Virus record (IMG/VR): IMGVR_UViG_3300028602_001425
Coordinates: 1-24,289 of that record
Reading direction: 5' to 3' (one strand)
Length of the DNA: 24,289 nucleotides
Source of the DNA: a virus
In this document: positions 16,714-22,531 of the stretch, one piece after another
Layout of the letters: the number at the start of each line of letters is the position of its first letter
Position numbering within the stretch: position 1 is the first letter of the stretch
Notes under the pieces: model-generated
The model's input: only the letters and a program-made list of their open reading frames with translations
Told to the model about the DNA's origin: nothing
Databases searched by the model: none
Translations under genes and position numbers: made by a program

Positions 16714-16833
16714 TTAAAGCCCTCCTTTGACTCTAATATTATCCCCACGTCTAAACATACCAACCATAGCACGAGATGTGCTTGTGTGCCTTCTTATGCG
16801 GTCAATGTCTCGTTTTAGTGTTTTTTTGGACAT
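16714..16833 (-). CDS. Small basic protein (39 aa)
   Basis: MSKKTLKRDIDRIRRHTSTSRAMVGMFRRGDNIRVKGGL; GAGGT RBS upstream. Confidence 0.45.
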   Translation of the reverse strand: MSKKTLKRDIDRIRRHTSTSRAMVGMFRRGDNIRVKGGL

Positions 16834-17051
16834 GATTTAAACCTCGCTTATATTTTCTGCTGCCTTTATCCCTTCGGGATTTGCTAAACATTTTATTCCC
16901 TCATTAATTACTCAGACACCGATTTTTTTATTTTTGTGTGATGGGTGTTCTCTCGCTTGCCGTACTGATTTTAAGTTCATTCCGAAAAGTCAGTATCTAA
17001 AATATTGCAGACTTGACGGGAAGGATGGAGCGAACTTTCAGCAGGTAGATA

Positions 17052-17186
17052 TTAGGGTTGAGAGTTGATTTTTTCATCATTTGCAGCTTCAATAAGCTTT
17101 TCTCCAACGCTCCGAAGCTTGCCTCTAATCATGCCCTCGGTTGCTCCTGCACCATCATAAGCATATGTAGCGAAGCCTGATAACGT
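17052..17186 (-). pseudogene. 44-codon ORF with ACG in the start position (start-mutated or 5'-truncated gene)
   Basis: GGAGGAATAATAA-ACG TTA TCA...: TLSGFATYAYDGAGATEGMIRGKLRSVGEKLIEAANDEKINSQP*. Confidence 0.4.
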
Positions 17187-17210
17187 TTATTATTCCTCCA
17201 AAATACATTT
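17186..17210. repeat. 25-bp gene-junction direct repeat, copy 1
   Basis: TTTATTATTCCTCCAAAATACATTT; 24/25 identical to 17705-17729. Confidence 0.9.
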
Positions 17211-17339
17211 CTTCAACGTCTGAAGATGTTCAATACATATTGAGAAATTAGGTGTCGATTCGAGTCTGAGGATATCATTTATTATCCCGACGGATTCCGC
17301 TCTTGAGAGCGTTATTTTAATTTGTCGTTCGATTTTCAT
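17190..17339 (-). CDS. Hypothetical protein (49 aa)
   Basis: MKIERQIKITLSRAESVGIINDILRLESTPNFSICIEHLQTLKKCILEE; ATGA overlap with the upstream gene. Missed by the ORF track. Confidence 0.65.
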   Translation of the reverse strand: MKIERQIKITLSRAESVGIINDILRLESTPNFSICIEHLQTLKKCILEE

Positions 17340-17704
17340 CCACTCATCCACCTATTAACCTCTTCAGCCCCACGAATATATTTTAACTTACCACATAATT
17401 TAATTTTCACATCTGCTCCTAACGTCATTGTATCCAATAACTTATAATCTATAATTTTGCCTTCATAAATCCATGTGTAAATATCTGCAATTTTTACCGT
17501 ATATTCATGAATTTCATTATCTGAATGTGCTGAGGTGTCTATAATTCGTTGCCCTTCGTCTCCTAAAATTGTATTATATGTCAGTCTTGCGGTTTCAGTG
17601 CGCATATACGGAACAGGTATTCCATCTAAATGAATGCCGGTAATTTCAATCCCGTCCACATACACTTTTATTTTGCCGTAGGGGTCAATTGGATCAACTA
17701 ACAT
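17336..17704 (-). CDS. Tail-tube-protein paralog lacking the long polymerisation loop and Ig domain (122 aa)
   Basis: Aligns by eye to the 5110-5847 product: 16 of 28 identities over TTP aa 3-30, and ARLTYNTILGDEGQ vs AEITGIKISGDAGQ; GGAGGT RBS. Confidence 0.8.
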   Translation of the reverse strand: MLVDPIDPYGKIKVYVDGIEITGIHLDGIPVPYMRTETARLTYNTILGDEGQRIIDTSAHSDNEIHEYTVKIADIYTWIYEGKIIDYKLLDTMTLGADVKIKLCGKLKYIRGAEEVNRWMSG

Positions 17705-17729
17705 TTTATTATACCTCCAAAATACATTT
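17705..17729. repeat. 25-bp gene-junction direct repeat, copy 2
   Basis: TTTATTATACCTCCAAAATACATTT; contains stop codons and the GGAGG RBS on the minus strand. Confidence 0.9.
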
Positions 17730-17927
17730 TAATAAACCTCCTTCGTACTTTATCCTGTTCTCTTTAATAAGTTCCTCTAAACAGTGCACAACGTTTTCTG
17801 ATTTAGAGTTGTTAGGGCAATGAAGTGCTAGTTCGTATATGGAGATTCCACTATCAAACGACTTGATTGTGAAATATATATACATTTTTAAATGAAAATG
17901 TTTAATCTTTTCGATAATGTTTGACAT
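17709..17927 (-). CDS. Small winged-helix DNA-binding protein (72 aa)
   Basis: GISIYELALHC...ENVVHCLEELIKENRIKYEGG helix-turn-helix plus wing pattern. Confidence 0.6.
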   Translation of the reverse strand: MSNIIEKIKHFHLKMYIYFTIKSFDSGISIYELALHCPNNSKSENVVHCLEELIKENRIKYEGGLLKCILEV

Positions 17928-18073
17928 GTGTTAATATCATCCCCGTTTCTACAATTTCCATCTTCCATTACTTTCCCCATAAAATAAAATGATTCGATAT
18001 TCCCACATACCCAGTTTTTTCCTTGCATGAGTCCAGGCTGCCGCCAGTGGATACATGCCCCACATGACCCCAT
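17888..18073 (-). CDS. Cys-rich small protein (61 aa), CxxCxHW...C...C
   Basis: Start reassigned to ATG 18073 (GAGGGG RBS): MGSCGACIHWRQPGLMQGKNWVCGNIES...; overlaps the next gene by 40 nt. Confidence 0.6.
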   Translation of the reverse strand: MGSCGACIHWRQPGLMQGKNWVCGNIESFYFMGKVMEDGNCRNGDDINTCQTLSKRLNIFI

Positions 18074-18081
18074 ACCGCCCC

Positions 18082-18210
18082 TCAGTCGTCTGTTTCTTCG
18101 TCTGGCTCTGTGAATGTTGAATCCTCGCAATCGTACATATGCGGGCAGTCTAGGCAACTGTCCCACAGGCATATACCAGTATATGAGAGGTTATCAGTTT
18201 CGGAGGACAT
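18082..18210 (-). CDS. Cys/His-rich acidic microprotein (42 aa)
   Basis: MSSETDNLSYTGICLWDSCLDCPHMYDCEDSTFTEPDEETDD; GAGG RBS. Missed by the ORF track. Confidence 0.6.
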   Translation of the reverse strand: MSSETDNLSYTGICLWDSCLDCPHMYDCEDSTFTEPDEETDD

Positions 18211-18240
18211 TTTAAGCCTCAAAAATATAATTAGGGAGGA

Positions 18241-18525
18241 TCATGCGATCCTTTCCCCTCCGAGAAGCACAATTTCAGATCTATTCGGGATATACATGGC
18301 ATTTTTCTCGAAAGGCTCCTCATCGTCCCCGCCGTCAACTGTCATTTTATAGACATCCTGCAGGCATCCGAGATCGGTTCTTTGATCTTTTCTGAATATA
18401 TTATCATGCCATCTTCTTACTTTCCCGTAGAAAGTACAGTTTTTTACATCCGCGTTTCTCTTCTGAACCCACGCTTTCGCGATTGGTTCGCTTGGTGCTA
18501 CAACTTGGATTTGTATTTCTGTCAT
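18241..18525 (-). CDS. Hypothetical protein (94 aa)
   Basis: First gene after promoter repeat copy 1; AGGAGCCA leader. Confidence 0.7.
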   Translation of the reverse strand: MTEIQIQVVAPSEPIAKAWVQKRNADVKNCTFYGKVRRWHDNIFRKDQRTDLGCLQDVYKMTVDGGDDEEPFEKNAMYIPNRSEIVLLGGERIA

Positions 18526-18578
18526 GTTTGTGGCTCCTTTGAACTTTAGTTATCTTAACGCAGGACACTATTCTAGCC

Positions 18579-18621
18579 CTGTATATAGTAATAGTACATT
18601 ATACTATTTATAGTTTACTGT
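18579..18621 (-). promoter_or_regulatory. 43-bp promoter repeat, copy 1
   Basis: CTGTATATAGTAATAGTACATTATACTATTTATAGTTTACTGT; the minus strand reads GTAAAC-TATAAATA (BRE-like + TATA); 42/43 identical to 19222-19264. Confidence 0.8.
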
Positions 18622-18631
18622 AGTCGGTTTG

Positions 18632-18638
18632 AAAAAAA
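18632..18638 (-). terminator. Oligo-T7 archaeal-type terminator
   Basis: T7 on the minus strand immediately after the 18639 stop and before the next promoter copy. Confidence 0.4.
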
Positions 18639-18935
18639 TTAATTATGCAAAATATAAGTTATATCCTTATTTTTAAAATCGATCCCAATTGAAGAAGGAT
18701 TCCCTCTGTAATTTATTTTACACGTCCAAACGTGATCTTTAGAAGATATTTTTATTTTGGACTCTGATATAAGGGATACACCTAAAATTACTGTGCATGT
18801 TTTCCATTTAGATTTCGTTAATTTCGGGTATCCGTTTTGATCTGTTTTTGAATATCCGTACTCTTCTTCTGGTTTTATTTCGAGAGTCATATCCGAAGAG
18901 TGAGTCCATTTTTTACTGTCTGAAGGTCTTGCCAT
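18639..18935 (-). CDS. Hypothetical protein (98 aa), possibly tandem AbrB/DUF2080-like swapped-hairpin domains
   Basis: Two similar segments, SKTDQNGYPKLTKSKWKTCTVILGV and CKINYRGNPSSIGIDFKNKDITYIL; family call weak. Confidence 0.55.
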   Translation of the reverse strand: MARPSDSKKWTHSSDMTLEIKPEEEYGYSKTDQNGYPKLTKSKWKTCTVILGVSLISESKIKISSKDHVWTCKINYRGNPSSIGIDFKNKDITYILHN

Positions 18936-18957
18936 TGATGGAACCTCTAAAAATTGG

Positions 18958-19194
18958 TTATGGGTCCTCGGAGTATTCCGTCAGTTCAGCAACCGATTGG
19001 AATTCCTTTATGGCATATTTTACAAAATGCAGTTCGCTTTCTATGTGGATTATTTCCAACACAGCAGGAGAGTAATCTAGTGATACCGCATTTACAGGGA
19101 TTTCTTTTATTTCTGATATCAGTTTGTCAAGCTTCTTCTTTAGTGTGTTCAGCGTATCAATCAGGGTTTCTTGTGATTCATTTGTAAATTCCAT
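18958..19194 (-). CDS. Helical coiled-coil protein (78 aa)
   Basis: AGGTGA RBS; first gene after promoter repeat copy 2. Confidence 0.65.
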   Translation of the reverse strand: MEFTNESQETLIDTLNTLKKKLDKLISEIKEIPVNAVSLDYSPAVLEIIHIESELHFVKYAIKEFQSVAELTEYSEDP

Positions 19195-19221
19195 GTTTGT
19201 TCACCTGTTTAAACCGTTACT

Positions 19222-19264
19222 CTGTATATAGTAATAGTACATTATATTATTTATAGTTTACTGT
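19222..19264 (-). promoter_or_regulatory. 43-bp promoter repeat, copy 2
   Basis: CTGTATATAGTAATAGTACATTATATTATTTATAGTTTACTGT; TATAAATA at 19255-19248. Confidence 0.8.
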
Positions 19265-19321
19265 CATGTAACAAAAACTGCTGCGCAGTTCGCCTGGATA
19301 AATTACTTTCATATGTGAAAA

Positions 19322-19329
19322 TTTATATA
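19322..19329 (+). promoter_or_regulatory. TATA box of the DUF1699 operon
   Basis: GTGAAAA-TTTATATA, ~50 nt before ATG 19378. Confidence 0.55.
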
Positions 19330-19377
19330 CAACTAAAAATAATTAACAGTGATAAAAACATTAAGGAGCCATCCCAA

Positions 19378-19782
19378 ATGCAAATAAAAGTAATATCAGG
19401 ACGGGACGAGATCCCTCTATTATTGCCAAATGAAAAAATAGTCCATATCGGATTTAGACCTTCAAACGCTGATATATATAGTGTCTGTGAATCCTGCCCG
19501 AAAATAGAGGCAATACAAGTACCGCCGTCGTATTTCGTCAGCATTTCAAAATCTATTCAAACATTTCTCAGAATGCAGAAAATACAACTGTTAGAGGGAG
19601 ATGTAGGAGGGCACAGGAAAGACCTGCATCCTTATTATGTTGTTCCCTCTTATATCACTGAAAAAATCAAAGAAATGAAAGAAGACGGAACAAAACCGGA
19701 CGACATTGTTAAATTTGTGTCAAGACTGCATAGAATGAGTGAGCCGTTAGCCGCTTATGTTGTGCAGTCTGTGAAGGTGTGA
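19378..19782 (+). CDS. DUF1699 family protein (134 aa)
   Basis: MQIKVISGRDEI...EKIVHIGFRPSNADI...CPKIEAIQVPPSY...ISKSIQTFLRMQKIQLLEGDVGGHRKDL, recognised as the Methanosarcinales DUF1699 pattern; start moved to ATG 19378 (AAGGAG RBS). Confidence 0.85.
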   Translation: MQIKVISGRDEIPLLLPNEKIVHIGFRPSNADIYSVCESCPKIEAIQVPPSYFVSISKSIQTFLRMQKIQLLEGDVGGHRKDLHPYYVVPSYITEKIKEMKEDGTKPDDIVKFVSRLHRMSEPLAAYVVQSVKV

Positions 19783-19784
19783 AA

Positions 19785-19943
19785 ATGGTACACATGATAC
19801 GATCAGATGAGTTTAATGATAATGAAGATGAACAAAAAATAGTATCATTGGAAGAATATAATAAATTCATGGAGTTAGCTGCTAAAATGGGGATTGCTGC
19901 AATCACATTAAATTATATAATTTTTATAAAATGGGATGTCTAA
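19785..19943 (+). CDS. Small protein (52 aa), acidic N-half and hydrophobic C-terminus
   Basis: MVHMIRSDEFNDNEDEQKIVSLEEYNKFMELAAKMGIAAITLNYIIFIKWDV; AAGGTG RBS. Missed by the ORF track. Confidence 0.55.
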   Translation: MVHMIRSDEFNDNEDEQKIVSLEEYNKFMELAAKMGIAAITLNYIIFIKWDV

Positions 19944-19948
19944 ATTCC

Positions 19949-19982
19949 TTTACTCTTTTAATTCTTTTTTTTTAATTCTTTT
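19949..19982 (+). terminator. Oligo-T terminator
   Basis: Several T-tracts including T9 at 19965-19973 right after the stop. Confidence 0.5.
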
Positions 19983-20039
19983 ACTGATATATTAATTATA
20001 GGATGTTGCACATATCACATAATAACAGGGAGTTATAAT

Positions 20040-21458
20040 ATGGCAACATTAACACTAACACCAGGCACTTTTAAACAGTCAACTTTTGATAAAGTCGGTG
20101 ACGGTTTTCAGTATGACACTATCCACTTAAAACCGGGAGCCTATACCGCATCTCTCCCCTATAAATTAAATTCTGGGACTACAATTACAGCCGATCAGGG
20201 AGCAATAATTACCCTGATTCCGAATGCTTCAGAATCTCTTTTTCCCTCGATGCGGCCAATCTTCGGACAGGTTAAAAATACTATCCAAAATATTGATATT
20301 TCAGGTTTGACAATTGATGGGAACAGTGGCCGGCAGACAGTGCCCTCTGGAAAAGGTTTTCATAATGCGTTTTGGTTTCAACGTTCTGAAAATATTAACA
20401 TTCACGATTTGACAGTCCAAAACTCGCTGGGGGATGGGCTAAGAATCACCGACGGGAAAAACATTACATTCGCAAGAAATAAAGTTCTCCGTTGTGGCCA
20501 TGATGCGGTTTACTGCGACGGAGCGGATACAGTAGACGTTTTTAACAATTATGTTGAACTGAGAGTAAATTCAGGCTGTCGGTTGAGACATACCAAAAAC
20601 GGGCACGTTTATAATAATTACATAATTAATAAAAATGGGGGGGCAGCATCAAGCCCAGGCATGCAGATCGAAGTCTCAACGGCGGGAATGTCCTCCAAAA
20701 ATATCCTGATAGAAAATAATGAAATAAGAGGGACTTGGGGGCCGGGTATTTGGGTTATTGGGCTTGTGAATTCTAATATTTCAGCAGCTACCGGGCTGAC
20801 AATAAGAAATAATCTATTTTACGATTGCGGCAACATGGACGGGTCTTATCACCATATACCAGGAGTGGGCGGCATTGTTGCGGATGGTTGGGATAAGTTA
20901 GATGTCTCTTATAATACTTTTGATAAGTGTCTCGGTTATGGGGTTTCGCTTGGGCCTTATGTCTCGGCTACTCCTGCGGGGAAAGGATATAGTGCGAAGA
21001 TCTACAGAAACATTATAACGAATACTCAGAAGTCGAATGAAGTCGGGACGGCATCAGGGGCGGCCATTGCTAATCTTGTGCAGGATAGATATACATCTGT
21101 TGAAGTCTATGAAAACTGTACTTATGGGAATGTTCGGAATTATTACGGAGTTTCGCCGTCCAAGGAGATCCTCTCAGATCCTCTCTATGCCGGGGATGGA
21201 GATTATCATCTGAAATCTACAGCAGGGCGGTATTCGGGCTCTCAGTGGGTCATGGATGATGTAATGAGCCCGTGTATATTATCTGAATACGAGCTAGGCA
21301 TGTATGGAGGGACTTCTGAAGCATCTCGGTATACTGCTCTACCTGTCGAACCGGAACCCGTACAAACTGTTTATGTTGTGATTCCCTGCGAGAGTGAGGA
21401 AAGCGCGAAACAAACTGCTGACGGGCATGAGGGTGCGTTTATAATCTATCGAAAATGA
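20040..21458 (+). CDS. Free-standing disaggregatase-like parallel beta-helix protein (putative polysaccharide depolymerase), 472 aa
   Basis: PSMRPIFGQ, GKGFHN, GDGLRI, GHD, RVNSGCRL, PGMQIE, GPGIW and DYHLKSTAGRY...SPCI motifs, as recalled for Methanosarcina disaggregatase-related proteins; no signal peptide. Confidence 0.85.
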   Translation: MATLTLTPGTFKQSTFDKVGDGFQYDTIHLKPGAYTASLPYKLNSGTTITADQGAIITLIPNASESLFPSMRPIFGQVKNTIQNIDISGLTIDGNSGRQTVPSGKGFHNAFWFQRSENINIHDLTVQNSLGDGLRITDGKNITFARNKVLRCGHDAVYCDGADTVDVFNNYVELRVNSGCRLRHTKNGHVYNNYIINKNGGAASSPGMQIEVSTAGMSSKNILIENNEIRGTWGPGIWVIGLVNSNISAATGLTIRNNLFYDCGNMDGSYHHIPGVGGIVADGWDKLDVSYNTFDKCLGYGVSLGPYVSATPAGKGYSAKIYRNIITNTQKSNEVGTASGAAIANLVQDRYTSVEVYENCTYGNVRNYYGVSPSKEILSDPLYAGDGDYHLKSTAGRYSGSQWVMDDVMSPCILSEYELGMYGGTSEASRYTALPVEPEPVQTVYVVIPCESEESAKQTADGHEGAFIIYRK

Positions 21459-21467
21459 GGTTTTTCC

Positions 21468-21611
21468 ATGAATCCGGTTTGTGGGGTTTGCGGGCATTTT
21501 AGACCGGATTCAGATTTCCCTTTTTTATTTGGGGAATGTACCGTGAAGGGGCGGTATGTTGCGTTTTATTCAATTTGCGATTTGGGAAAATGGGTTGAAA
21601 AAGATAATTAA
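21468..21611 (+). CDS. Cys-rich microprotein (47 aa), CxxCxHF...C...C
   Basis: MNPVCGVCGHFRPDSDFPFLFGECTVKGRYVAFYSICDLGKWVEKDN; GAGGT RBS. Missed by the ORF track. Confidence 0.65.
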   Translation: MNPVCGVCGHFRPDSDFPFLFGECTVKGRYVAFYSICDLGKWVEKDN

Positions 21612-21636
21612 CGGTTTAAATCTAATTTACCGGTTA

Positions 21637-21894
21637 TCACAACATATTAACCGGCTGTCCTTCTTTCAGTAAAAACCTATTATTCTTCACCTGTTCTTCC
21701 CAATTCCCGACTAAAAAGAAAGTTTTACCACCTCTCAATTTTATTCCCTTGAGTTGGGGGGGGAAATACCTTGCAACGCATCCTGGGAGGCCACCGTCAT
21801 AATCAGGATAACGCGGGTCTAATATTTTTTCGATTCTGCACCACCCATAAGGGCCTTGTTTTCTCCATACTTGCCCTACTTTGATTCCGTCCAT
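21637..21894 (-). CDS. Hypothetical protein (85 aa), SH3-like N-terminus
   Basis: IKVGQVWRK...CRIEKI pattern; directly downstream of the RHH gene. Confidence 0.65.
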   Translation of the reverse strand: MDGIKVGQVWRKQGPYGWCRIEKILDPRYPDYDGGLPGCVARYFPPQLKGIKLRGGKTFFLVGNWEEQVKNNRFLLKEGQPVNML

Positions 21895-21901
21895 GATTTA
21901 T

Positions 21902-22072
21902 TCACTCTTGTTTCCTCTTTTTCTTCATGCTTTCATACTCATCTAAAACCCTATCAAGCGCATCATTAAAGGATTCTCCATACTCGATTTTACCATATTT
22001 TGTGATTCTCCCTTTGTTCCGAATAGTTACCCTTTGTAACGTTATTTCTTCGGGGTCTTTGTTTTTTACCAT
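21902..22072 (-). CDS. Ribbon-helix-helix-like DNA-binding protein (56 aa), candidate repressor
   Basis: MVKNKDPEEITLQRVTIRNKGRITKYGKIEYGESFNDALDRVLDEYESMKKKRKQE; beta-strand plus GESFNDALDRVLDE helix. Missed by the ORF track. Confidence 0.65.
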   Translation of the reverse strand: MVKNKDPEEITLQRVTIRNKGRITKYGKIEYGESFNDALDRVLDEYESMKKKRKQE

Positions 22073-22160
22073 GCGGTATTATACGTTAATGCTGTATATA
22101 TAGTTTATGGCGTTAACGTTATTAATAATGTTTATATAGGTTGAGTGTGTATACTTACTT
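22073..22160. promoter_or_regulatory. Divergent promoter pair with repeated CGTTA boxes
   Basis: Minus-strand TATATATA (22095-22102) 23 nt before ATG 22072; plus-strand TTTATATA (22131-22138); CGTTA at 22084, 22111 and 22117. Confidence 0.65.
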
Positions 22161-22202
22161 GCTAAGATGTGAGAAAAACAGAGAAAAGACAGGAGCCAAA
22201 AC

Positions 22203-22265
22203 ATGAGATTATTCAACAGAACAAAACTAAGATATGTATCAAGACATCATTTTAAGAGACTTTAA
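22203..22265 (+). CDS. Basic micropeptide (20 aa)
   Basis: MRLFNRTKLRYVSRHHFKRL with AGGAGCCA leader; first ORF of the rightward transcript. Confidence 0.4.
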   Translation: MRLFNRTKLRYVSRHHFKRL

Positions 22266-22274
22266 GATAATAAT

Positions 22275-22340
22275 CCAGCCTGCCTCCTCCTCAGGCTGGT
22301 CATAATGTCGTTTTAGCGGGTTCAAGTCCCGTGAACGGCT
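22275..22340 (+). ncRNA. Hairpin + tRNA-like minihelix, unit 1
   Basis: CCAGCCTG/CAGGCTGG stem with CCTCCTCCT loop; 7-nt spacer; GTCGTTT-TA-GCGGG-TTCAAGT-CCCGT-GAACGGC-T. Confidence 0.5.
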
Positions 22341-22419
22341 GAAGGTGATATAAAAAGAAGGAACCACGATAAGAAGAACAGACCGGGAAACACGAAATCA
22401 AATCTATCTTTGAGGAACA

Positions 22420-22498
22420 CCCCTGCTTTTAAGCCGGCAGGGGCCTAAATGTCCATGTAGTATCAGACTAACAACGGGTTAAAATCCCGGCATGGGCT
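22420..22498 (+). ncRNA. Hairpin + tRNA-like element, unit 2
   Basis: CCCCTGC/GCAGGGG stem; 7-nt spacer; GTCCATG-TA-14 nt-ACGGG-TTAAAAT-CCCGG-CATGGGC-T. Confidence 0.5.
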
Positions 22499-22531
22499 TA
22501 TTATTCTTTTTAAACAGTTCGGAGCCACGAT

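Noticed and set aside
16802-17080. Tiny minus-strand ORFs of 22-29 aa (e.g. 16802-16891, 16912-16980)
   Set aside because: Too short, mutually overlapping and with weak signals; could be decayed genes.
17186-19264. Repeats as CRISPR or mini-CRISPR array, or as IS target-site duplications
   Set aside because: Only two copies each, separated by 0.5-0.6 kb of genes; no cas or transposase; no terminal inverted repeats.
22307-22340. Full tRNA gene or attP core (GGGTTCAAGTCCC)
   Set aside because: No D or anticodon arm, so not a canonical tRNA. An attP is less likely because the paired 5' acceptor strand is present, the unit is duplicated with covariation, and no integrase is nearby; not fully excluded.
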